From Lingula anatina (taxonomy: Eukaryota; Animalia; Brachiopoda), in assembly GCA_051362555.1 (NCBI GenBank), contig CM120640.1, positions 14,260,001-14,324,000 of the forward strand: a stretch of DNA of 64,000 bases, given 5' to 3'. Below the pieces are notes generated by a model. It searched no databases. It was given only the letters and a program-made list of their open reading frames with translations, and was not told the origin of the DNA. The position numbers were made by a program, and so were the translations under genes. Shown piece by piece: positions 1 through 12,680 of the stretch (its first letter is position 1; each line of letters begins with the position of its first letter).

Positions 1-1499
1 CTTTTTTTTTATAACTGTGCACATGTTACTGTAGCCTGCTTTTTGTCATGTGCTGCTACCATACTATCACAATCATATAATTATCTGTAATCATATTAAA
101 ACCCAACCCAGAGCCTACTGCACTAGATTTGACACTTAAAGCTAAAGTTGACATGCATGGTGTCAAATTCGATGTTCACAACTTTATCAGTTTATAATGT
201 CTACGTACTCAATTTTTGAGGTTGAATAAAAAATATGAACTCTTGGCTTTTTGTAACAATTGTTATGCCAAACATGACATCTTTTGGTGATCCCTGCCCT
301 TCACACAGCTGTTGATAAGATTTTATTTTGTTAAGTTTTTTTAAATTATAAAATGTCAACCTTTTAAGAGACCAAAAAAAATAAGGTTATGATACACACT
401 GCTGATTTTCAAGGTTAAAAATTCAACTGGCATAGGTCTGCAAAAGTGACTCCACTATTACCATGCCATATCACCTTCATTTGATAACTCATTATCAGCT
501 CACATAATGTGTGTGAAAAATCTCAGACATCTCCCTTTGAAGGGGTCACAGGATGATGTAAGACGTGTCAAATTTCATGTCCCTCCTTTTCACCCAGTTA
601 TGTTAATATCATCTGATAATGGATAATCATCTGACGAGTTGTGTGAACACTGCGCGCCTAGGGTGCCCTTTGCTGGGTGATGTAAGCCGGGCCAAACTCG
701 CTGTTTATCTCTAGACCGCTGTCATTGTCAACTGTGAATAAAGACGACTGCCTCCCAGCAGCAGGTGTAATCTCTGCTTTCCACCTGCTTTTATTAATAA
801 GCTTCAGTGACTGTCTCTCTCTCTCTCTCCTCCACCACTGGCCAGTAAGTCTGCAGTGTATGTACAGGAGTGTGCCCAGTGCAAAGTGCAATCACAGACC
901 AACTACCAAAAAAGCTATTCAAACAAAAACTGACACCTTGAATAATAATCTCTTCACACCACATGGTCCCAAGTCTTAAATTTTCATCTTTCTTTCTTTT
1001 TCTCTATTCAGCTTTGATGCAGTTTTGATTATTTTGTTACATTACGGTATATTTGCCTGGGGTCACCAGGACATATTTGTGGCCATAGTTAATGTCTTTT
1101 TTTGCTAAACAATTACAAAATTAAATATTATGATAATGATAACAACAATCATAACCATAATAATAAATTAATTTAAAAAAATGGAAAAATATTATTTAGT
1201 CACAGCTTGAATGATATTTCCATACAGTGAGAAAAGTGTGACAAGTTGTGGCAAACCTAGTGTGTGGTGACGCGTGTGGTCATGTCTACTTACTCTAGTG
1301 CCATCTATCTTCATCCTAGGTTAATAAGAGACGTAACAGCTTGGTAACCAGTTTGTGTGGTATGTGAAGATTTAACCTTAGTTACATTTCCATTTAGATC
1401 TATAATGAGATGTCTAATCATTGTGACAGGTATACATTACTACTATTATTTTTTCTTTTTCCTTTCTCTCTTTCTTAGCAAACATAATTGTGTGTTGTG

Positions 1500-2210
1500 A
1501 GCAAGACAGCAAAGCTCTCAAATATACTGACATTTGAGAAAATAACAATGACAATGCACAAAATGGTCATTTTGTCAATTTTGATGTGATATTACATAGT
1601 GCTTACTGGCATAATTGCCACTCATTTTTGATTATACACTACAGGTAACACAGACATTCAGAAATGTAACTAGCACATGGCTCCAGGCCCATAGGAGTCA
1701 TACCTTGAAAATACCATTGTGTAAAAAATGAAATATTAAAAAATGCACAAGTTCAAGAAAAAGAATTCTATCACACTGTTTTTTTTAAACTCAAGCTGTA
1801 TTTTAGTCCTAAAATCATGCCAGTGAGTTTGAGAATAATAAAGTCACACAGTTTTCCTTTCAAACTGCTTACAGTGGTGATCACAAATAATGTTTTTGTT
1901 CATTTTGATCACAAAGTAATGTTTTGTCAATTTTGATGCAATGTTACATGATGCTTAACGGCATAATCACCACTAATTTTTAAACATACATTACAAATAG
2001 TGTGGACATTCAGAAAATGGCACAAGCACAGGGCTCCAGGCCCATAGGAGTTTAAAGTCACACCTTGAACATACTAATGTGTAAAAAAATGGCAAATTAA
2101 TATAAACTATAAAACTTTAAGAAAAAGAACCCAATGAAACTGGTTTTTAAACTCAAACTGTAATTTTGTCCTAAAAATCACTCACTTAATCTGAGGAATA
2201 TAAGCCACAT
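1500..2210 (-). repeat. Diverged copy (two internal units) of the interspersed repeat also found at 41.5-42.3 kb and 56.4-57.6 kb
   Basis: GACATTCAGAAA..GCACA(T/G)GGCTCCAGGCCCATAGGAGT..CA(T/C)ACCTTGAA occurs twice (~1653-1710 and ~2006-2070) and is the reverse complement of TTCAAGGTGTGACTTTGAAGTTCC..CATTTTCTGAA at ~41803-41862. Shared terminus ACAGCAAAGCT(C/G)TCAAAT. Confidence 0.75.
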
Positions 2211-5200
2211 GGATAGTAAAAACTATTGTTTTTACATCAAAAAGTGCATGGCGACAATGGCAATGCTGCTACTGACAGATGAAGGTGATGGTTATATGTA
2301 CATACATGTTGTGTCTGTATATAACAGGTTGGAGGCTCTCCTAATGAAAGAGAATTGAAAAAAACAGTCAATTAGCACATGTTACTACCTAGGGGTCCTC
2401 AGAATGTACGGAAATACATTCAACAATTAACAGTTATTTTTATATCTTCATAATTCGCATTTGGAAGCTCAACAGAATATAAACTGCTAATAACACCAAA
2501 TTAACAAGATGCAGAATTGAACAAATTCTTGGAAGAAATCCCTTGATTCGCCCTTATTTTCCTGTACATAATCAATCATCTCCCTTTTCTCAGAGTTTCC
2601 TGACTATGGGAGCTACAGCCTTCCTTTCTTCATCTATTCTTCATGTCAAGTGAGACTTTGGCAGCTAGGACAATGGAGTGCTGCTGAATTTCACAAATGG
2701 ACATGCCAACCTTTTCTGGGGCCCATACATCACCGTAGTATTGTGTCAACAGCAGCAGGGCTTGAGGTGATCCTTAATAATCAAAGAAACTCAATCCCAG
2801 GTAATTTTGTCACAGGACACATAATACACAAGGGATACTGTTATTTCAAGTGTTGCACAGAAGAAAAGTACCTGAAAATTGTGACATCCACAGATATTTT
2901 TAAGTTTAATGAAATACTTCCCACTTCATGTTCTGCCTTTTTAATAAAAAAAAAATTGTTTGGAAATCTGTGAGTGTTCTCTGAAGAGAGGAGGGACAGG
3001 GGCATTTCCCTGTGCTACAAAAGAGGATGGAATTGCCCGAAGGTCTGTAATTACAGGATAATTTTGTCTCCAGTTTCAAACCAATGTTTCACATAGCAAA
3101 TCATACCAGAGTTTTACTATATGCTGGAGGCATCAGTCGGAACAAGATAAAAGTCAAGCTAAAACAGCTTGATTAGATTATTTTTACAAAAGTTATCGCC
3201 TGTTATGATAATTATCATGTGTTGTAGTACAGTAAATGTCAAGCACAGCAGACTGTTGGCCATGATTCAGTTCAGCTAAGAAAGTTATTAGAGATAATTA
3301 GAAAAAAATTATTTTTCACCTTACATACAAATAATTTCTTGTGCTTCTTTATCATATTCACTTTTCAATTAATTAAATGGATAACACATTATTTACTTTT
3401 AATCAACAATGTTTCATAAGCAGATTCTTTCCCGCTTTGCTGATTCACTTATTTACTGGCTTTCTATTTCATTCTTTTAACTTTTAAACTAATTTCTTTC
3501 AAAGATAACAAGACCAAGTCTGAACAAATATTTTCCCCACATTAATTTGACTATGACTACTGTGCTGAAAGACCATGGGTCTTGATCCCATAATATCAGA
3601 AGCAAGATGTAAAAACCCTTCAACAAAACACAAAAGAGGCATATTAGGTGAAAAAAATCAATTATTCTACCACCATCCAAGTGTCATCTGAAAAAGCTGG
3701 TGTCAGACTACCTGGAGGTGTTAAAACAAGCGGGTGGCCAACGTCAGACAAGCTTGTATTCCTCGAATCGTGTTTCGTCCATTCATCATCATCATCCCCA
3801 CTAATCACACAGTAAAAAGGCAGGTTGCAAGATTTTCAAGCCGACAACCTGCCAACATAATGGATACTTCCTGACCAGGCCTGGCGCCTTCCCTTGTAAC
3901 ACACAAACCCTTCATAAACTTCTCCAACATGGGTCGCAAAATGCAATTATCATTAATCAAAGCTTTTGTTATAAATGATGATTAATTAACGTCCCCGTGT
4001 GCGTGTGAGTGTGTGTGTGTGTGTATGCTGACAAGCCAATTGACAGCTCTGTGACTGAGCATGGCATAGAAGGGACATTGAATATCAAGATTCCTTACAG
4101 CGAAGGAATCAACTAGGAAAACTCCAGGCCTAATTACACTTTGTCACATCACCTGACAGTCACTCTCTGATGTACTAACATTTCCACTCGCCTGCCACAT
4201 TAGACCTAATTAGTGTAACTCCAGGTGATACCATATTATTCTATAACTGTATTACCACAAAGACTGTCAGTCAGTGATATCCATCTTGTGTTGCCTGTAG
4301 AGACAAGAGCTCAGTGCAAGACTCTGGAAACAAAAGATGCTGCAGCCACTGTCTTTATGAGAAAGAAAGATTTAACTTTGGTTTCTGTGAAAAAAACATT
4401 CAAGTTTGGAACCCACCTTCCCCAATCTAAAATGGTGTTCAGTTTTAAAGAAAAAGAAAAAAGATCAAAATAACACCAATGTTTCTTGCAATTTAGAAGA
4501 AATTCTTTTTCTGTAAGTATTTATCCTATACAAGAGTTCCATGTTAATTTATGTTAATTGATTTCTTACAAAACATAAGTATAAAAACAAAGAGTATGAA
4601 GTAAATTGTCATAAAAACAATCAGAATACCTTAAGATTCCCTTTAAAAGATCAGGGTGTTTTGTTTGCCAGGAACAGGATCAAGATCCTATTGCAACACA
4701 AATTGAATACAATTCATGCATTCTTTCCTTGTAATGCAAATAGTTCTACTTACATTAAGTCATTTAAAAGACAATAAAAAACATAGATGACAATGTTAAA
4801 TAAAAAGGGATTCAAAGGAAGTTGGGTCATGGTGTCACTATCTTGACCTAAAATGACACGTTAGCCTACAATAACTTAAAGACGACATAATTTTTCTTAT
4901 TAGAAATGTTACATCACACACAAATCCACTTCAGTTGGACAATTATAAGACAATGAAACTAATCATATCACAAAGCCAAATATCAAAGTCTTTTACCTTG
5001 GGAGCATTTCCAAGAAAAGGCTTATTTGGCAGATTCTATTGACATTCTTTTAAAAACACCTGAATGTGGGGCCAATTTTTAGCAGACTATTCCTACAGCA
5101 GTACATTGATAACAGTGCCACCTACAAAATGAAGCCCAGCAGCAGGTATTCCTGCAATGTATCACAAGGCACTGGCTACCTGACCACATTGGTTTGACTG

Positions 5201-8200
5201 GTCTTTGAAACATTTCCCTGTTTAATCTCAAATCTGTCTGACACTTTGATTCCAAATTGTATGCTCTTATGTTTTTAAATGGTTTTGCATATAATTTGAT
5301 TCTGAATTGTATGCAAAACCATTAAAAAAACTTAAGAGCAGTTATTCAGGATGTGCTTAATCCAAGTTGGATAGAATTCCAGTTCACTTAACCTGAAACT
5401 GTTACCTTTTTTAGAATTATTTGAGTGAATTCATAAAAAAATGGTGAATAATGCACAAAAGGACCTTGAGCCATGCAATATTGCAACACCCTATTTTCTT
5501 AAGAATATATATAAATTTCTATTAAAATTTTATCATTAAGATCTGAAGGTCACAGCTGTAGATTAATGGTTAGATCCTACATTTGACAGTGCACTAAGAC
5601 TGACTTAGATAAATATATGCAACAAACATATTATATGATATTATTCCTACCTTTGTCCTTTTCCTTACAGTTGAAATCAAACAAATGACTTGTTTTTGGT
5701 TTGGGACTTATAAAAGGAGGTTTTTCTTATAGATATACATATATATATGAAAAAAAAAAACTTCAGAAATCTGACCTAAGGGTATGATATTTGCATGAGC
5801 TGGTTATGCTTTCCTTGTTATTTCCTATCAGGTTGGCTTATTAGAAAGTTTTATCTATAATGTGGTTTACCTTCAGGCAACCACAGGTTTATTAATATCA
5901 GCATACCATATTAATCTAGGGTTAAAAAAAACTTCATTAGTGCATGCATCATTTGGTGCCTAGAAATTCATTTTTATTAATTTATATCTAAAAAAAATTT
6001 AGTTCTTGGTGGTTTTATCATTTTCCTGTTGTTGTCAACTTTATGGGTGTCCTTCAGACTGTTATCATATCTGCGACTCTAAAAATGTTTTTTAAAAATA
6101 ATTTTCCAGTAAAACTTTTAGCACGTCAAGGTGATATTTTTCTTCCTGATGCTATTTTTCAATGTTAAGAAATATACGTAACCATTATATATATGTAACC
6201 ATTTTGTACAATTTTCTTTATTTGTTACAATTATCACCATAAAAAAAATACACACACACTCAAACAAACACACACACACAATGAACTGTAACTTTTTTGT
6301 ACATTTTTCTTTATTTGCTGCGATGATCATCAAAATGTTAAGAGTTAACTATGCGGCACATAACTGAGATTTTTAAAAAATTGCTGCCTTGATCCCCCAT
6401 TAATTATAAGTCTGTGCTTAAAGATGCTACTTTATTTTTTATTATGCCACCAGCAGCACCATATAATGGTACCTTTTTGTATTGACATAAATGCTTCAAA
6501 AATAATGTTAGCATTAATTTGAATTTACATATACTGTTTTAAAATTGTAATAGAAAGAGAAATCTTTATGTGAATTTATTTTAATAAATTTATTTTAATA
6601 AAATTAAAAAGTTCGATTTCTGGCATTGTGGGAATGAACTTTTTTCTTGCTTAAATATATGATAAGATAAGCAATCATGGTGATAGGATGTTTGTAAAGT
6701 TTTTGGTAGTGGTAATCTTTTCATCAGATAAAATCTAGTATGTCATGCATTGTAATGTGCATAGAATTACGGCATTTTGTTCCTACAACAAGATGCCCAT
6801 GCAGTTTTGTTACAATTCTGTAAGAAAAATGTATGCACATATCTTTGTTGACTTTTATTATTCACAAACAATGTGAACTTGGCACTATTACGGTGTCATC
6901 TGTCATCTGTCATTGAATCTTCAAGTGACATGCCCCCCATGCACACACAGACATACACGAAAAATTAGAAGAAAAAAAACAAAAAAACAGGCAAACACCT
7001 TTATTTGTTGTTCTACCTCATTACCAGTCACACAAAAAAGTAAGATGAGCCTTTTCCTGCTCCTGTTAAATGATCTCAAACATTGAATTAAAATGATAAG
7101 GGACAAAACAACTTAATTGAAAAAAACACAACCTTAACTGCTTTGCACTCGGCTCCCATTGAGCACACATTGGTGCTTTCCTGAAGACATCATTCGATGT
7201 AATCATTGAAACTTGGTTCCTCATCCATTTCTGTCATCTGATTCTGCAAGAACATTCTTTAAATCATGTGAAAAAGGAAGCTAATGACAAAGTTTTAGCG
7301 AAGAAATTGACAATTACACAAAGATGCATTATCACTTGTCTCAGCTGATTTGTTGCACATCATCTCGCGTCACGCACCGGGAGTTCTGAGTGATGGTTAC
7401 AAACACTAACTGTCTATGGTTATGACGGAGATATGGAAAATAATTGAAACAAGCATGAAACCAACTCTACAAAAATGTTGTTCCCAACTTTCTTTAACTT
7501 AATGAATCTATAAAATTGCTTTGTCTTCAAGTATTGTTCTTTTTAGCAAAGCCATTGTATAACAAACAAATATACCACAATAGATGCATATATACAAAAA
7601 AAAAAAAAAAAAAAAAAAAAAAATTATAAAATAAAAATAAATAAACTATAGACAAATTTGTTTAGAATTGTAAAGACAGGTCTTGATTTATGTAGAATTT
7701 TATTGTAATGGGCTGAAAAGGGCTAGACAAGTGGCTGAAAGGTGGACAGAAAGACAACCTCTTTCAAGTATACCCGCCCCACTTTATTTCACCCATGTGT
7801 GGGTGGGGTAGATCACATTAATGTTATGAGCAATGCTAATCCAAGAGAACAACTACTTCGCACCTATCACGGATGCTGTCTCTTCATGGCACTGCGGAGA
7901 AACCATCGCAATTGTTTTGAAATAAACAAATTATTATTTTTTAAATAAGACATGATTCACCAACAAAAAGAATAGTTGCTCAGCACCTAGAACAGGTAGG
8001 CCACCTCCACAAAGTGCTATCTGTAGATCTTAAACCAGCGCGTGGGTCAGATCATTTCTGATTCTTTACTGTTGGTATCTACATGAAATCTTCCAGATAA
8101 GAGATGAACCATCAACATGGAATCAATGAAAATGGCACAACAGCGCAGAATTCTATTAAGAAACCATAACCAATGCCCTATCCTCACCTATTACTAGTTA

Positions 8201-11200
8201 CAGCATATCAATTTCTCCACCGCAAAAAATGTTAAGCGACTCAAGTGATAAATAGCAAAATCTTTTTTTTATGATATGTCTTATCATAAAAGACAAAAGC
8301 TTTTTTCACACCCAGGTTGCTCCTTAGCCCTCTGATGGCCAGATTGCATGGGAAGCACTGATCTTCCCCTACAATACCCTCCGCTGTCTTTTTTCACCAC
8401 TGTCATGGGCCCGTGCTTAATGGAGGAGCAAGTGAGGTGTTAAGTTGTACCATCCCATCCTATAATTGTGGGGGGTTTGTGGTCAGCCATGATTGCCAAC
8501 TCTGGCATACCAGGGGACAGGTACCATAAAACATTCCACAAGCTAGAGAAATTGTTCCAGACAGATCATTTATTTAGGGGTGACAAAAATAACAGATTCA
8601 AGATAAGAGAAGAAAATAAAGGGCATATCAACCTTAACAAATAACTGTTAGATTTTAAATATTTTATTAAAATATACGATTCCTATAACATTGATTTATA
8701 TATCAATCTATGTCATAGTACCAAAATGAAGAAGAGAAACAATTATTATGTCATCTTTGTTAGATAGCAGTTATAGGTCATGGCTTTATTATTGCCTTAA
8801 AATAATCATTACATCTGTACATTATATTACTTCAAGTTATCTTTAAATAAAATTCAGTAAACAATGCCAATTTCACAGTGAGTTATTTTTTCTGGATAAA
8901 AAAAATCCATTAAAATATATCTTGCCCAGGGATGGTCAAAACGAACACATATCCCAACAAAAATACCAATTTTGACAGGTCAACAGTTGATGAAGGTGTC
9001 TCGGTTTCAAACAAATCATTAGATGTCCCGTGTCAAGACGTGGTTACAACACCCACAAGTGGGTACTTATACTTGTAGCATGGCGACAGCGCCAACACCA
9101 TGGTCACATTGGTAGCATGAAACTTCTGTCTCCATTGCCACTCCACATGCAATTGTCACATTATGGTAAGCTAAACTATGCAATTGCGGACATCTTGGAC
9201 AGTGATGACATTATGGTCATCTGATACACTGCCACTAACTGAAGTGGGCTCATAAATAATGGTAGATGGAAAAAAATCTGGTGAAATATTGGGTCAGTTT
9301 TCATGTGTTACTATATTAGTACATTCAATTAGCTTTAATAAATTAGTATTTCAGGGGGAAGAGAGAGACAAAGAGTGTGAGAGAGAGATTGTTCTAAACA
9401 GGATACAGGAGAGTTTCACTGAAACTGATTGAAAACAAAATGGCAAAATGCTAAAATTATAATTTAACCTTTTTTGAAAAATAAAAAAGCATTCAAAAAT
9501 CCATCAAAGATGATCTAATTGCATCATTTTCATCTACTTTAATTTGTGAAGTTAAACAAAACTTTTGAACACGTGATTGTACAAATTACCTTCACAGACA
9601 TACACAATTTGATCCCAATATGCACTCTTAATTAATCAATACATTAATTTTTGAGGGATGGGGTTAGGGTATTGGTCAATTGAGAAAATGATCAATACAA
9701 AGTAAAAGAAGGTAAAGGAAACATAAGGTAGCTTGAAATGTAACTTGCTATTAAAAAAAATAACTAGGCTCTGTGTGTTGTTCGGCGCAACATCTAAAAA
9801 TCCTGCCCTTATCTAAAAGAGATATAATGAGATCTTAAAAATGGTTCCAAGTTGCACACTTAAAAATGAACAGTATTTTTCTGTTTATTAAAAAGTTTGG
9901 GAAATGACAAGATTTTGAGAAAACATATAGGTAAAAGTTCAAGACAAAACATTTATCAAAGTTCAATATTTTGACCAAAATTCAAGTTTTTAAGCCCTGG
10001 GCCAATTTTCAATGCTTTTCCACAGTATCAGTCTTTTTAAGAGTTCACAGAAATTCACGGAAATTTGCCTGATACGATAACCTGTGGTGATAACTGTAAT
10101 TCACATCCTCTCTGCAAAAACAGTTTTGTGGGGAAATAAAAACAGAAACGTTACATGAAAATGTTCATCACGCCAAACATAATTAAGATGACAGAAAACT
10201 ACCCACGCCAAAGAGTATTTCATGTGATATCTAACTGTTTTCTCCACTAAGTGTTACATGCATTTCCTCAAATGTTCCTGCAAAGCAAAATCACATCCTG
10301 AAAAGTTGAATAACATCCTTGATCAGAAAATGTTATGAAATTCTAAACTGTCAATTAAAGTTTGTCACAAAACCTCTAAATTTGCAGCAGCACACCAGTT
10401 TGCGCTAACAAATGCATATCAACTATTATTTCAGTGCATGTTTGCTCATGCAAAACATATTTCAAATGCATGGGTGCCAGACATCAAGGTATTTACACTG
10501 ATACCACAGGCTAAAATTTACACAAACAACAGCTAATCATATGATAACAAGGACTTCCAACTTCTCAAAAACGTGGACACCATCTTCAACACGCCTTCCT
10601 GCATCGCCCAGCCACCTATCATCTGCAAGCTGCTAGGAGAACAACCCAGAGATAAAAAAAGGAGCGGGATTTTATCTCAATTAGAGGGTTGGAATTTTAT
10701 GAAATATCAGTACAATCTGTAGAGCAGGCTGGGTGTCAGGAGTCCCAAATGTGTCCAGATCTCATGTAATGGTCACCCTGCTTTCACTTGGCCAGATAAC
10801 TAGGGTGATTTTCAAGCTGGCTGAACATGTGTCTCCATCAAAGAAAAGAAGTTTAAGTTCATTTCGTTTTAGCACTCTACCTGTGGGTGAGATAATAAAA
10901 CCATCCAGTCCAATTTCTAAATCATTTGACAAGCTAATGACAGGGTAGGATCCCTAGGTAAATGAAAATGTAGGGTAACATAGTTATTAGCTGTGATAAT
11001 GAAGCTAAATGCAGCATTGGTGTGAAAGCTTTCAGGAAGCAACTTGCTACCTAGTGTTGTACGGCAGCCAAGTAAAATGCCATTGGTTGCTGTAGCACTG
11101 GTAGCTTGATCACCTCTTAAAAAAACTGCAGTGGCTCTAACATTCCTTAAGCCCTTTAAAAAGAAAAAAATTGTTAATGTGCATGAAAATTATTTGTAGC

Positions 11201-11286
11201 ACATTAAAACTCTAGTTAAGGGCAAGAAAAAAGAATATAAATTATAATTTTATTACAAAACAAATGAGAGATGGATGTGTGTGTGA

Positions 11287-11292
<6 letters not shown>

Positions 11293-11333
<41 letters not shown>
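11293..11333. repeat. (AG)n microsatellite
   Basis: Direct reading; preceded by a short (TG) tract. Confidence 0.95.
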
Positions 11334-11338
<5 letters not shown>

Positions 11339-11884
11339 TCAGTCAGTCAGTTGCGCAACAGTTATTACACACTCAATGAAGTGATTAAATTCTATGGTGA
11401 AAAACAAATTCATTTCCAAGAAACTCTGCAAGTTCTTTTTCATCATTTGATTTCAGGCAATTAGATCAAATACCATTTTTTACAGATATCTTGTCTATTT
11501 TTATGCATTTTTAAAGACTTTTTATTCCTAATCAAGAAGTGCTTTTCTCTGTCCTCCTCCCACTAACAAGCCAATTAAGTAAGATAATTCTTAAAAAGAA
11601 ATCATAGAACTCCCTGATATCACGGATTCAGAGTTAATTGCACATAATCTGCTATAATCTAGTAATCTACAGTGAATTCAGTACTGCAAAAATAAAAAAA
11701 GACAATCACGTAAATATGGATTATTTTTTCTGAAATAAAAAACAATACTAATAAACAGACAAACATTGACAAAAAGAAAGTTTTTATGTAGACAACATGC
11801 TGGCAAATCATATCATGTGCAAAAGTTCCAAAGGAATTCATGATATGACACAATTCAACAGACAATTATATGAACTATGTAAAA

Positions 11885-12135
11885 ACAGACAGCAAAGCTG
11901 TCAAATATGCCAACATAAAGCATAAAATAATGATGACAGTGCACAAAGTAATCTGACAATGCTTAATGGAATAACCACCACCAATTTTAAATCATGTACT
12001 TATGACAATGTAAACATTCAGAAAATGTAACTGATACAGGGTTTCATGAGGGTTGAAAGTTACCTTAAAAATACCAATTTGTGGAAAATGAAAAATTTGC
12101 AAAAGATTCATAACTTCATGAAAAAAGGTTCAATA
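11885..12135 (-). repeat. Further diverged fragment of the same interspersed repeat family
   Basis: GACAGCAAAGCTGTCAAATAT at ~11888 and ACATTCAGAAAATGTAAC..AAAGTTACCTTAAAAATACC at ~12014-12075 match the 1.5-2.2 kb copy. Confidence 0.65.
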
Positions 12136-12538
12136 AAGCTGCTATTTGAACATGACATATAAATTTAATACCAGAAAACACTTTAGTAAGTTTGAGGATA
12201 ATAAGTAACATAGTTTTCCACACACTACATTAACAGAAAAAAAGTGCACAGCGACAACAGCAGGCCAGGTTGATGGCTTTCTGTACACAAGTATACTGAT
12301 ATTGCTCATTGGAAAGATATACACAAAGGCATGTGTTCATGCACAGCAAAAAAATGCATAGATGTTGCTTTGTGTTTGTGCATACATCAGGTTGTTGTGT
12401 GCATCTACATCTGTAATTACATTATACATCTAGCTTGCCAGAGGAACATTTTGTAAAATCCTTTCAGATACTTCAAAAAGACATAAAATGGGGAGATAAG
12501 GCAATTCAATTTCAGCAGGTCTGTGAACAAGACTTGAA

Positions 12539-12680
12539 ATGTGTGTGTGTGTGTGTGTGGGGGGGTGTGGGTCTGTGTTGGTGTGCATGCATGCATGCAC
12601 ATCTGTGTGTATGTGTGTGTGCATGTGTGTGAGCATGTGTGTGTGTATGCACATGTATGTTTTCATACACATGTGTGTCC
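12539..12680. repeat. Degenerate (TG)n / TGCA low-complexity tract
   Basis: Direct reading; explains the HTHT/CVCV ORFs. Confidence 0.9.
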
